From: Moraxella nasicaprae
Lineage (GTDB): Bacteria; Pseudomonadota; Gammaproteobacteria; Pseudomonadales; Moraxellaceae
Reading direction: 5' to 3'
DNA: 32,000 nucleotides
Assembly (NCBI RefSeq): GCF_025643275.1
Contig: NZ_CP089977.1
Location: forward strand, 1,350,001 to 1,382,000
Shown: positions 1 through 9,208 of the stretch, piece after piece
Layout: every line of letters begins with the position of its first letter
How positions within the stretch are numbered: the first letter of the stretch is position 1
The notes under the pieces: model-generated
Told to the model about the DNA's origin: nothing
Database searches by the model: none
Seen by the model: the letters and a program-made list of their open reading frames with translations, nothing else
Translations under genes and position numbers: made by a program

Positions 1-3000
1 GGGTCATATTGAGCTTGCATCGCCTGTGGCTCATATTTGGTTTTTAAAATCTTTGCCAAGCCGTATCGGTTTATTGCTTGACATCACTTTGCGTGACATT
101 GAGCGAGTGCTTTATTTTGAAAGCTACATCGTGACCGACCCTGGCATGACCAGCCTTGAAAAATATCAGCTGCTTGATGATGAAGAATATTTCACCGCAT
201 TAGAGCAGTATGGCGATGAGTTTGTTGCCAAGATGGGTGCAGAAGCGGTTCAAGACTTGCTTAGAGACATCGATGTTGATGGTGAGATTGATGAACTTCG
301 TTTGTCAATTCCACAAACCAGCTCAGAAACCAAGCTTAAAAAGATGTCAAAACGCTTGCAGCTACTAGAATCTTTCCGTGATTCTGGCAACAAGCCTGAA
401 TGGATGGTGATGACAGTATTGCCTGTATTGCCACCTGATTTGCGTCCGCTGGTGCCACTGGAAGGTGGTCGTTTTGCGACATCGGATTTGAACGACTTGT
501 ACCGCCGTGTCATCAACCGTAATAACCGTTTGAAGCGTCTTTTGGAGCTAAACGCCCCTGACATCATCGTGCGTAACGAAAAGCGTATGTTGCAAGAAGC
601 GGTTGATGCCCTGCTTGACAATGGTCGTCGTGGTCGTGCCATCACAGGCTCCAATAAGCGTCCATTAAAATCTTTGGCGGACATGATTAAAGGTAAACAA
701 GGTCGTTTCCGTCAAAACCTATTGGGTAAGCGTGTGGACTACTCTGGTCGTTCGGTCATCGTGGTGGGTCCAACATTGCGTCTTCATCAATGTGGTTTGC
801 CAAAGAAAATGGCGTTGGAGCTATTTAAGCCATTCACTTATGCTAAATTGCTACAAAACAACATCGCTAGCACCATCAAGGCTGCTAAAAAGATGGTTGA
901 GCGAGAAGAGCCTGCCGTTTGGGACATGCTCGCCAGCGTGATTCGTGAACATCCAGTGCTACTAAACCGTGCTCCAACACTGCACCGTTTGGGCTTGCAA
1001 GCATTTGAGCCTGTATTGATTGAAGGTAAAGCCATTCAGTTACACCCACTTGTCTGTGCGGCATTTAACGCCGACTTTGACGGTGACCAAATGGCGGTGC
1101 ATGTGCCTTTGACCCTAGAAGCACAGCTAGAAGCTCGTGCCTTGATGATGTCCACCAACAACATTCTATCTCCTGCTAATGGTGAGCCAATCATCGTACC
1201 ATCTCAGGACGTCGTGCTTGGTTTGTACTATATCAGCCGTAGCCATATCAATGCCAAAGGCGAGGGCATGGTATTTAGTACCGTCAATGAAGCACTTCGT
1301 GCCATCGGTTCTGATGACTTGTCAGTCAATGCCAAAATCAAAGTGCGTGTTACTGAGACCATTTTGGACGAAAAAACTGGCGAAAAAGTCACCAAAACCG
1401 AAATCAAAGACACGGTTGCAGGTCGTCTGCTGATTTGGAACATCATGCCAGAAGGCATGGCGTTTAGCGAGTGTAATACTGAGATGACCAAGAAAAACAT
1501 CTCAAAACTATTAAACTCATGCTATCGTAAACTTGGTGTTAAAGAATCGGTATTATTTGCCGACCATCTGATGTACTTAGGTTTTGCCCAAGCGACTTTG
1601 TCAGGCATTTCTATTGGTATGGAAGACATGGTCATTCCACCAACCAAAAAAGAAATCGTAGATGCTGCCGATGCCGAAGTGCGTGATATCGAAAAACAAT
1701 TCGAATCTGGCTATGTGACCGCTGGCGAACGCTACAACAAAGTGGTTGATATCTGGTCTCGTACCTCTGACAAAATCGCCAATGCGATGATGGAAAACCT
1801 ATCTACCGATGAAGTGATGAATGCTGATGGCGAACTTGAAAGCCAAAAATCATTCAACTCCATCTATATGATGGCGGATTCTGGTGCTCGTGGTAGTGCT
1901 ACACAGATTCGTCAGCTTGCTGGTATGCGTGGCTTGATGGCAAAACCAGACGGTTCGATTATTGAAACACCGATTAAAGCAAACTTCCGTGAAGGTTTGA
2001 CGGTACTTCAATACTTCATCTCAACGCACGGTGCTCGTAAAGGTCTTGCCGATACCGCCCTAAAAACCGCAAACTCTGGTTATCTAACTCGTCGTTTGGT
2101 TGATGTGGCACAAGATTTGGTCATCACTCAAGATGACTGTGGCACAGAAGCAGGTCAGTTGATGACCCCTGTGATTGATGGTGGCGAAATCGTGGAACGC
2201 TTGGGCGACCGAGTGCTTGGTCGTGTGGCTGCCAAAGATGTCGTTAATCAAGCTGGCGAAGTGATTGTCGCTGCTGGCACTTTGATTGATGAGCGTTTGG
2301 TTGAGAAGCTAGATGCTAATGCCATCGATGAGGTCTTTGTTCGTTCGGTCATCACTTGTGAATCAACACAAGGGGTATGTGCTAAGTGCTACGGTCGTGA
2401 CTTGGCTCGTGGTCACTTGGTGAATATTGGCGAATCAGTGGGTGTCATGGCAGCACAATCTATTGGTGAGCCAGGTACTCAGCTGACGATGCGTACTTTC
2501 CACGTGGGTGGTGCAGCATCGGCGACTTCTGTGGACAACAGCGTTTCTGTGGGCAATGCTGGTTCGGTGCGTTTCCACAACATGAAAACCGTAGAACATG
2601 CTGATGGTCATTTGGTCATCGTTTCTCGTTCTGCTGAGATTGGTGTGGCAGATGGTCAAGGTCGTGAGCGTGAACGCTATAAAGTGCCTTATGGTTCTAG
2701 TATATTGGTGCGTGATGGCGACAGCGTTGAAGCAGGTCAAGTGATTGCCAAGTGGGATCCGCATACCCACCCAATCATCACCGAATTTGCTGGTACGGCT
2801 CGTTTTAGCGACATCACAGATGGCATGACAGCAACCGTCAAGGTCGATGAGATGACTGGTGTTAGCTCATTTGAAATCTTGGCAAGTAAAGACCGTCCAA
2901 GCATTGCCAAAGATTTGCGTCCAGCGATTATCTTGGATACAGATGCAGGCAAAGAAGTGGTGTATTTCTTGCCAAGCGACACCGTCATTCGTGTCAGCGA

Positions 3001-3919
3001 GGGCGAGTATGTTACCGCAGGTTCGGTCTTGGGTCGTGTGCCTCAGGCTACTTCTGGTACCAAAGATATTACCGGTGGTCTGCCACGAGTTGCTGACTTG
3101 TTCGAAGCTCGTCGTCCAAAAGACCACGCCATCATGGCAGAGATGAGCGGTGTGGTGTCATTTGGTAAAGAAACCAAAGGCAAGAACCGTTTCATCATCA
3201 CTAATGAAGATGGCGATGTTCATGAGGAGTTGATTCCAAAATGGCGTCAAATCAACGTGTTTGAAGGCGAAACCGTTGAGCGTGGCGAGGTTATTTCTGA
3301 CGGCCCACAAAACCCGCATGACATCTTGCGTCTTAAAGGCGAAACAGCATTGGCAAATTATATCGTCAATGAAGTGCAAGAAGTTTATCGCTTACAAGGC
3401 GTAAAAATTAACGATAAGCACATCGAAGTTATTGTTCGTCAGATGCTTCGCAAAGTTGAAATCACTGACGGTGGCGATTCTAGCTACTTTAAAGGCGACC
3501 AAGCTGAGTACTCGAAGATTCGTCTATTGAATGAAGAGCTTGTCAAAAATAATAAGTTCCCAGTTCAATTCGAACGCCAGCTACTTGGTATTACCAAAGC
3601 ATCGCTTGCCACCGAAAGCTTCATCTCGGCAGCGTCATTCCAAGAGACCACTCGTGTCTTGACAGCGGCAGCCGTGATGGGTAAAGTCGATGAGCTAAGC
3701 GGTCTAAAAGAGAATGTCGTGGTAGGTCGCCTAATCCCAGCAGGTACTGGTTTGGCTTATCATCAATCTCGCCAACGCAAAGCAGAAAAAGCCGCTGCCC
3801 AAGAATCGGCAGCAGTACAGGACTTATTGGCAACTGAGTCTGTACTGTCTGATGGCATGCCAAGCGTTGAAGAAAACTTTGCCAAAGCCTTTGCTGATGA
3901 ATTGGGTAACCAAGAATAA
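1..3919 (+). CDS. rpoC: DNA-directed RNA polymerase beta' subunit, 5'-truncated by the window edge
   Basis: The reading frame is open from base 2 ([23 protein letters not shown]...). It contains the catalytic [12 protein letters not shown] motif and is collinear with enterobacterial RpoC from about residue 70. Stop codon at 3917-3919. Confidence 0.98.
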   Translation, partial: GHIELASPVAHIWFLKSLPSRIGLLLDITLRDIERVLYFESYIVTDPGMTSLEKYQLLDDEEYFTALEQYGDEFVAKMGAEAVQDLLRDIDVDGEIDELRLSIPQTSSETKLKKMSKRLQLLESFRDSGNKPEWMVMTVLPVLPPDLRPLVPLEGGRFATSDLNDLYRRVINRNNRLKRLLELNAPDIIVRNEKRMLQEAVDALLDNGRRGRAITGSNKRPLKSLADMIKGKQGRFRQNLLGKRVDYSGRSVIVVGPTLRLHQCGLPKKMALELFKPFTYAKLLQNNIASTIKAAKKMVEREEPAVWDMLASVIREHPVLLNRAPTLHRLGLQAFEPVLIEGKAIQLHPLVCAAFNADFDGDQMAVHVPLTLEAQLEARALMMSTNNILSPANGEPIIVPSQDVVLGLYYISRSHINAKGEGMVFSTVNEALRAIGSDDLSVNAKIKVRVTETILDEKTGEKVTKTEIKDTVAGRLLIWNIMPEGMAFSECNTEMTKKNISKLLNSCYRKLGVKESVLFADHLMYLGFAQATLSGISIGMEDMVIPPTKKEIVDAADAEVRDIEKQFESGYVTAGERYNKVVDIWSRTSDKIANAMMENLSTDEVMNADGELESQKSFNSIYMMADSGARGSATQIRQLAGMRGLMAKPDGSIIETPIKANFREGLTVLQYFISTHGARKGLADTALKTANSGYLTRRLVDVAQDLVITQDDCGTEAGQLMTPVIDGGEIVERLGDRVLGRVAAKDVVNQAGEVIVAAGTLIDERLVEKLDANAIDEVFVRSVITCESTQGVCAKCYGRDLARGHLVNIGESVGVMAAQSIGEPGTQLTMRTFHVGGAASATSVDNSVSVGNAGSVRFHNMKTVEHADGHLVIVSRSAEIGVADGQGRERERYKVPYGSSILVRDGDSVEAGQVIAKWDPHTHPIITEFAGTARFSDITDGMTATVKVDEMTGVSSFEILASKDRPSIAKDLRPAIILDTDAGKEVVYFLPSDTVIRVSEGEYVTAGSVLGRVPQATSGTKDITGGLPRVADLFEARRPKDHAIMAEMSGVVSFGKETKGKNRFIITNEDGDVHEELIPKWRQINVFEGETVERGEVISDGPQNPHDILRLKGETALANYIVNEVQEVYRLQGVKINDKHIEVIVRQMLRKVEITDGGDSSYFKGDQAEYSKIRLLNEELVKNNKFPVQFERQLLGITKASLATESFISAASFQETTRVLTAAAVMGKVDELSGLKENVVVGRLIPAGTGLAYHQSRQRKAEKAAAQESAAVQDLLATESVLSDGMPSVEENFAKAFADELGNQE

Positions 3920-3925
3920 TCAGCC

Positions 3926-3956
3926 AAAAAGCCCATCGTCATGATGGGCTTTTTTG
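3926..3956 (+). terminator. Rho-independent terminator after rpoC
   Basis: Stem GCCCATC (3931-3937) pairs with GATGGGC (3943-3949), followed by TTTTTTG. Confidence 0.8.
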
Positions 3957-4017
3957 TCATTGGCATGATGATTTATCGTACTTTTTTGAAATTTATTGGT
4001 AAAAATATACCCAAATA

Positions 4018-4046
4018 TTGCAAAATTGCTGCATTCGGTGTATAAC
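4018..4046 (+). promoter_or_regulatory. Putative sigma70 promoter of serA
   Basis: TTGCAA (4018-4023), a 17-nt spacer, then TATAAC (4041-4046), about 40 nt upstream of the serA ATG. Pattern match only. Confidence 0.4.
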
Positions 4047-4084
4047 TATAAACTCTTTTTTTAGACTTGCGGATAGGATGACTG

Positions 4085-5311
4085 ATGACTTTATCTCTAC
4101 AAAAAGACAAAATTCGTTTTTTGTTATTGGAAGGTGTGCATGACAATGCCTTAAAAGTACTCAACGAAGCAGGCTATACCAACATTGAGTATATCAAATC
4201 TGCTCTTGATGAGGCGGAGTTGATTGAAAAAATCAAAGATGCTCATTTTGTTGGTATTCGTTCTCGCACTCAACTGACCCGCCAAGTGCTTGAAAAGGCA
4301 GAAAAGCTCATTGCCATTGGCTGTTTTTGTATTGGCACCAACCAAGTGGATTTGGAAGCAGCATTGGAGCTGGGCATTCCTGTGTTTAATGCACCGTATT
4401 CTAACACTCGCTCAGTGGCGGAGCTGGTGCTTGCTGAGACCATCATGCTCATGCGTGGCATTCCACAAAAAAATGCGGTGGTGCATCGTGGTGGTTGGAA
4501 TAAGTCTGCCAAAGACAGTTTTGAGGTGCGTGGCAAGGTGATGGGTATCGTTGGCTATGGCTCTATTGGCTCACAGCTTTCTGTGCTTGCCGAAGGTCTT
4601 GGCATGAAAGTCATCTATCACGATGCTGTGACTAAGCTGCCTTTGGGTAATGCTGTTCAGGTGGGTAGCCTAGAAGAATTACTTGCCAAAGCAGATATTG
4701 TTACTTTGCATGTGCCTGATTTGCCAAGCACTCGCAACATGATGACCGCCAAAGAATTTGCCCAGATGAAACAAGGCTCATTTTTCATTAACGCTGCTCG
4801 TGGTGGCTGCGTGGACATTGAGGCATTGGCAGAGGCATTGCGTGCAGGTAAACTGCTAGGTGCTGCCATTGATGTGTTCCCAAAAGAACCAAAATCTGCT
4901 GATGAAGAATTCGAATCAGTCTTGCGTGAGTTTGATAATGTGATTTTGACACCGCACATTGGTGGCTCAACCCAAGAAGCTCAGGCAAATATTGGTTTGG
5001 AAGTTGCTGAAAAATTCGTCCGCTATTCAGATCAGGGCGATACCACCAGTAGCGTCAATTTCCCTAATGTGTCTATTCCGTTTGCTGATAACACGCACCG
5101 CTTGCTACACATTCATCGCAATGTACCAGGTGTGCTATCGCAAATTAACGCCTCATTTGCTGATGCTGGCATCAATATCGCCGCTCAATCATTGATGACC
5201 AAAGGCGATGTGGGTTATTTGGTGATGGATGTTGATGACAATGATTCTGAAAAAGCATTGGCTCGTTTGCGTGCCGTGCCTGAAACAATTCGTGTGCGTG
5301 TGTTGTTCTGA
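4085..5311 (+). CDS. serA: D-3-phosphoglycerate dehydrogenase (long form with C-terminal ACT-type regulatory domain)
   Basis: 408 aa. The N-terminus LSLQKDKIRFLLLEGVH..AGYTNIEY is collinear with E. coli SerA. NAD-binding GIVGYGSIGSQ is present. AGGA lies 6 nt upstream of the ATG. Confidence 0.95.
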   Translation: MTLSLQKDKIRFLLLEGVHDNALKVLNEAGYTNIEYIKSALDEAELIEKIKDAHFVGIRSRTQLTRQVLEKAEKLIAIGCFCIGTNQVDLEAALELGIPVFNAPYSNTRSVAELVLAETIMLMRGIPQKNAVVHRGGWNKSAKDSFEVRGKVMGIVGYGSIGSQLSVLAEGLGMKVIYHDAVTKLPLGNAVQVGSLEELLAKADIVTLHVPDLPSTRNMMTAKEFAQMKQGSFFINAARGGCVDIEALAEALRAGKLLGAAIDVFPKEPKSADEEFESVLREFDNVILTPHIGGSTQEAQANIGLEVAEKFVRYSDQGDTTSSVNFPNVSIPFADNTHRLLHIHRNVPGVLSQINASFADAGINIAAQSLMTKGDVGYLVMDVDDNDSEKALARLRAVPETIRVRVLF

Positions 5312-5330
5312 TTTTTTTCTATCCAAAAAA

Positions 5331-5358
5331 GCCGTCAGTGAGTGCTGACGGTTTTTTT
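5331..5358 (+). terminator. Rho-independent terminator after serA
   Basis: CCGTCAG (5332-5338) pairs with CTGACGG (5345-5351), followed by T7. Confidence 0.8.
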
Positions 5359-5412
5359 ATTATAAAAATATCCAAAATGCCGTCAAATCGTTCCAAGATG
5401 ATGGGAAATTGC

Positions 5413-5440
5413 TTGGTTTGTCGGTAGGTTGTGCTACAAT
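5413..5440 (+). promoter_or_regulatory. Putative extended -10 promoter of gor
   Basis: TGcTACAAT at 5432-5440 (TGn plus TACAAT), with TTGGTT 16 nt upstream. Pattern match only. Confidence 0.45.
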
Positions 5441-5472
5441 AGAACAAATTTTTGATAAGAACGGAGAATAAA

Positions 5473-6846
5473 ATGACGACCAAGCATTATGATTATATCG
5501 CCATCGGTGGTGGTAGTGGTGGTATCGCCTCCATCAACCGTGCAGCAAGCTATGGCAAAAAATGTGCCATCATTGAGGCTAAGCATTTGGGCGGTACTTG
5601 CGTGAATGTTGGCTGCGTGCCAAAAAAAGTGATGTGGCATGGTGCTCAAATTGCCGAAGCCATCAAACTGTACGCTCCTGATTACGGGTTTGATGTGACG
5701 GTGAATGAGTTTGATTTTGGCAAATTGGTCGAAAGTCGTCAGGCTTACATTGACCGTATTCACACTTCTTATGAAACGGTTTTGGGCAAAAACAATGTCG
5801 ATGTGATTCGTGGGTTTGCCAAATTCATCGATGCCAAGACTGTTGAAGTGACTTTTGATGATGGTCAAAGCCAGCGTGTCAGTGCCGACCATATCTTGAT
5901 TGCCACAGGTGGTCGCCCAAGCCGTCCAGACATCAAAGGGGCGGAGTATGGCATTGATTCTGATGGCGTTTTTGAATTACAACAGTTGCCAAAACGAGTG
6001 GCGGTGGTTGGTGCAGGCTATATCGCCATTGAATTGGCTGGTGTGTTGAATAGTTTTGGTGTGGATACACATTTATTTGTCCGCCAGCACGCCCCGTTGC
6101 GTAACTTTGACCCACTGATTGTTGAAACCTTGTTGGAAGTGATTGAGCAAGATGGCATTCATCTGCATACACAAGCCAACCCACAAGAAATCATCAAAAA
6201 TGATGATGGCAGTCTAACCGTGAAACTTGCTGATGGCAGAGAGCAGAAAGTGGATTGTTTGATTTGGGCGATTGGCCGACAACCTGCCACTGATGTCATC
6301 AATTTGTCAGCAGCGGGCGTTGAAACCAATGAGCGTGGTTTTATCAAAGTTGATAAATTCCAAAACACCAATGTGCCAAACATTTATGCCGTTGGCGACA
6401 TCATTGAAGGCGGTATTGAGCTAACTCCTGTGGCGGTGGCGGCAGGTCGTCGTTTGTCTGAACGCCTATTTAATAATAAGCCGAACGAACATTTGGATTA
6501 TCAGCTTGTGCCAACGGTGGTATTTAGTCACCCGCCTATTGGCACGATTGGACTTAGTGAACCAAAAGCCATTGAGCAATATGGTGCTGATAAGGTCAAA
6601 GTGTACAAATCTTCATTCACGCCCATGTATAGTGCAGTGACTAGCCATCGTCAGCCTTGTCGTATGAAACTGGTCTGTGTGGGTGATGATGAAAAAATTG
6701 TTGGCTTGCATGGCATTGGCTTTGGTGTTGATGAGATGATTCAAGGCTTTGCGGTGGCGATTAAGATGGGTGCAACTAAGGCTGATTTTGATAATACGGT
6801 TGCCATTCACCCCACAGGCAGTGAAGAGTTTGTGACAATGCGTTGA
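5473..6846 (+). CDS. gor: Glutathione-disulfide reductase
   Basis: 457 aa. [38 protein letters not shown] (redox-active CxxxxC) and the C-terminal [14 protein letters not shown] are nearly collinear with E. coli Gor. I moved the start from 5452 to the ATG at 5473, which sits behind GGAGA. Confidence 0.96.
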   Translation: MTTKHYDYIAIGGGSGGIASINRAASYGKKCAIIEAKHLGGTCVNVGCVPKKVMWHGAQIAEAIKLYAPDYGFDVTVNEFDFGKLVESRQAYIDRIHTSYETVLGKNNVDVIRGFAKFIDAKTVEVTFDDGQSQRVSADHILIATGGRPSRPDIKGAEYGIDSDGVFELQQLPKRVAVVGAGYIAIELAGVLNSFGVDTHLFVRQHAPLRNFDPLIVETLLEVIEQDGIHLHTQANPQEIIKNDDGSLTVKLADGREQKVDCLIWAIGRQPATDVINLSAAGVETNERGFIKVDKFQNTNVPNIYAVGDIIEGGIELTPVAVAAGRRLSERLFNNKPNEHLDYQLVPTVVFSHPPIGTIGLSEPKAIEQYGADKVKVYKSSFTPMYSAVTSHRQPCRMKLVCVGDDEKIVGLHGIGFGVDEMIQGFAVAIKMGATKADFDNTVAIHPTGSEEFVTMR

Positions 6847-6871
6847 TGCGGCGTATCGAATGACAAATAAG

Positions 6872-6902
6872 ATGGCTGGATTGATTTCCAGCCATTTTTT
6901 TA
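6872..6902. terminator. Bidirectional terminator hairpin between convergent gor and the HAD gene
   Basis: ATGGCTGGA (6872-6880) pairs with TCCAGCCAT (6887-6895), followed by T7 on the plus strand. Confidence 0.75.
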
Positions 6903-7710
6903 AATCCAACCAAAATCAGATAAAGCATGAGCGATGCCATCTTCATCGTGTCTTAGGCAGACAAAATCAGCCATCGCTTTTAGGGTGGGGTGAGCATTGC
7001 CCATGGCTACGCCGGTACCAACCAGTTGAATCATTTCTTGGATCGCCAAATGCTGCTGCTTGGCTGGCATCTATGCCCAAGTGGGTAAGCACTGCCGCAA
7101 TGGCACGAGCCTTAGAGGCTGATTGTGACAAAATATCCACCGCCACATCATGCCAGCGTACGGTTTTTAGATGAGTTGGTAAGGTAGGCGATGTGTCTTT
7201 GTCGCCAAAAAATCCCAATATCTGATAGATGGGTTGTTGCCAATCAAATGAATCATGTTTACTTGGCACATAGCCAATGTGCAAAGAGGATAGGGCGGTG
7301 CGTAGATTGTCATCATCGCCAAAGGTGTAGATGGTGTCTTTGGTCATGCAGGCGTGCGTGATGCCTTTGGTCGTTAGCTCAGTGATGGTATGATGAATGT
7401 CAGTGGGGGATAATGGAAAATCCAAAAATTTGTTGCCTTGATATTGGTTATACTGCCCATTGATGCTCAAAATTAACTCAATACCGACTTGCTCAATCAG
7501 GGTTTTGATGATGGGTGGAATCACACCAATGCTACGCTCTGTGGCGATGGCAATCATCGTGCCAGCAGCTTTGAGCGAAGACAGGGCTGGTATCAGGGTC
7601 TTGGGTATGCTGTTGCTGTCTTTGATGAACAAAGTATCATCGATGTCAAAAAAGACTATGGTAGGTCGTGGTATAGGCTTGGGTGCTTTTGGTGTGTTGT
7701 TGGTTGGCAT
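6900..7710 (-). pseudogene. Cof/YidA-type (class IIB) HAD phosphatase, frameshifted just after motif IV
   Basis: Frame A (7710 down to 6967) has FFDIDDTLF (motif I), a Lys-containing motif III region and FGDPRND (motif IV), then nonsense residues and a stop. The shifted frame (7070 down to 6900) reads ..EMIQLVGTGVAMGNAHPTLKAMADFVCLRHDEDGIAHALSDFGWI*, which is the canonical C-terminus. I chose the ATG at 7710 as start because the ssrA terminator occupies 7767-7802. Confidence 0.7.
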
Positions 7711-7766
7711 AAGCAAAATTATCTGAGCGTGTGATATTGAGGGGTTATGGGGCAAATTGTACAACA

Positions 7767-7802
7767 AAAACCCCTTGAAATCTAATATTTCCAAGGGGTT
7801 TT
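7767..7802 (-). terminator. Rho-independent terminator of ssrA
   Basis: AAAACCCCTTG (7767-7777) pairs with CAAGGGGTTTT (7792-7802). On the minus strand a T-rich run (TTTTTGTTGT) follows. Confidence 0.75.
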
Positions 7803-7839
7803 GGTTTGATTAACTTTAAGTTTCTTTGATTGAGATATG

Positions 7840-8198
7840 TGGTGGAGATGGCGGGAGTTGAACCCGCGTCCGCCAGCACTACGCTCATGGCTCTACATGT
7901 TTAGAATCTGTCTATGGCTTTAATCCGCACCGAACCGACAGTCAGGATGGATTGGACGATTTGCTAAGAGTTTCGCCCAGCTTGTCGCAACGCCAAGCTA
8001 AGCTATCCTTTGTGCGTTCGCATCGGGGAGAGCAACCAGACCAAAGGCAATCTGTGCCGTCCCAAGCTGCCCTTAGGCTGCTAGTGCGTAAGTTTCGTCG
8101 TTTGCGACTATTTTAAATGTATGTTAATTTACAAGAGGCATACACTCTTGACATGCACCATTGAGTTTCATTACCAGCGTCGAAGCCAGAACATCCCC
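7840..8198 (-). ncRNA. ssrA: Transfer-messenger RNA (tmRNA)
   Basis: - The minus strand starts GGGGATGTTCTGGCTTCGACG and ends GGACGCGGGTTCAACTCCCGCCATCTCCACCA.
- The acceptor stem contains the G3:U70 pair.
- The resume codon and tag are encoded at 8105-8073: GCAAACGACGAAACTTACGCACTAGCAGCCTAA = ANDETYALAA*. Confidence 0.97.
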
Positions 8199-8209
8199 AA
8201 GGTTTTTCG

Positions 8210-8238
8210 ATTATAGCAAAACTTTGCCAATCGCACAA
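8210..8238 (-). promoter_or_regulatory. Putative ssrA promoter
   Basis: On the minus strand: TTGTGC, a 17-nt spacer, then TATAAT (8215-8210). The -10 hexamer ends 11 nt before the mature 5' GGGG. Confidence 0.45.
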
Positions 8239-8244
8239 GAACAA

Positions 8245-9060
8245 TCAGTAATAATCAGGCATTTGGGTTGGTTTGCCGTCTTTATCAATGAAATAAATCT
8301 GCTGTCCATCGATGACAAATGCTGCTCCTTTGACGAAGTCTTCTGCCAAATCATAACGCATCTCAATCACGACTTTGCCTGACTTATCAATGAAGCCATA
8401 GCGGTAGAGAGGACGACCTTCGGCGTTGGTCTTACCTGTTTTGTTGGCGACAACAGCACGCCCTTCGGAGAAATCTTTGGCAAGGTCAAACTGTGGCTTG
8501 ATGAGCATTTTGCCAGCCTTGTCGATGAAGCCGTATTTGCCGCCAGTTTTGACAACAACCAATCCATCTTCAAACCAGTCGCCAACTTCATCATAGATGG
8601 GGTTGATGACGACTTTGCCAGTCTTGTCGATAAAGCCATATTTACCATTTTGGGCGATTTTGGCACGACCTTCCCAAAAGCCCCACGCATCTGTATATTT
8701 TGGGGCGATGACACTTTTGCCAGTCTTGTCGATGAAGCCGTACTTGCCGTCTTTTTTGACGAGTGCTAAGCCATCGCTGAATGCGTGCGTCTCTTGATAC
8801 TGGGCATCAATGATGAGCTTGCCCGATTGATTGACAAAGCCGTATTTGCCGTCTTTTTTGACAGGGGCAAAGCCTTCGGTATAGCCACAATCTGGGAAGA
8901 TGCGAGTAAATTCTACACCATCAGGCAGGGTAATATCACTGACACAGGTAGGTGTTTCTTCATCAAAGCCAATGGTGTCGATGGTGTCATCAGCAATGGC
9001 AGTAAGACTAATGCTGGATAAAATACCAGCCAAACCAAGTGTATAAAATTTCTTATTCAT
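8245..9060 (-). CDS. Secreted WG-repeat (KWG/WG_beta_rep-like) protein
   Basis: 271 aa from the ATG at 9060, which has AGGGA upstream. Signal peptide MNKKFYTLGLAGILSSISLTAIA. There are about 6 tandem repeats of DGKYGFIDKTGKxVIxPxYD. The repeats are visible at DNA level as recurring CTTGTCGATGAAGCCGTA on the plus strand. Confidence 0.8.
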   Translation of the reverse strand: MNKKFYTLGLAGILSSISLTAIADDTIDTIGFDEETPTCVSDITLPDGVEFTRIFPDCGYTEGFAPVKKDGKYGFVNQSGKLIIDAQYQETHAFSDGLALVKKDGKYGFIDKTGKSVIAPKYTDAWGFWEGRAKIAQNGKYGFIDKTGKVVINPIYDEVGDWFEDGLVVVKTGGKYGFIDKAGKMLIKPQFDLAKDFSEGRAVVANKTGKTNAEGRPLYRYGFIDKSGKVVIEMRYDLAEDFVKGAAFVIDGQQIYFIDKDGKPTQMPDYY

Positions 9061-9107
9061 AACAATTATCCCTATTTTGGGTCGTGTATGGCGACTGTTT
9101 GTCAATA

Positions 9108-9127
9108 ATTGTGGCATATTGTGGCAT
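9108..9127. repeat. Perfect tandem 10-bp direct repeat (ATTGTGGCAT x2) abutting a TTGACA box upstream of the WG-repeat gene
   Basis: The copies are at 9108-9117 and 9118-9127. The minus-strand TTGACA lies at 9105-9100. Confidence 0.6.
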
Positions 9128-9208
9128 AAAAAATGACAAAAAGCCAAAGTAATTTCGTATGATTTTGGTGCAACATTTCTATCTAAGTTTGCCAATGTTC
9201 ACCGATGA

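Noticed and set aside
250-3966. Numerous 60-144-aa ORFs on the opposite strand or in alternative frames inside rpoC (for example 250-684 minus and 2435-2770 minus).
   Set aside because: They are fully embedded in a highly conserved CDS, have low-complexity or odd composition, and have no SD. These are typical shadow ORFs.
5434-5892. 152-aa antisense ORF over the gor 5' end. Similar antisense ORFs occur in glcB (20862-21239), the ureohydrolase gene (26246-26692), glyA (15661-16630) and the hydrolase gene.
   Set aside because: They are shadows of strongly supported genes on the other strand. I see no independent signals for them.
7700-8250. ssrA as a genomic-island integration site. The same question applies to tRNA-Phe at 31172-31247.
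   Set aside because: There is no integrase gene and no second copy of the tmRNA or tRNA 3' end (attL/attR-type direct repeat) anywhere in the window. The flanking genes are ordinary.
8367-8714. 115-aa same-strand alternative-frame ORF inside the WG-repeat gene.
   Set aside because: The open frame is a by-product of the periodic DNA repeats. It has no start context, and the product is low-complexity.
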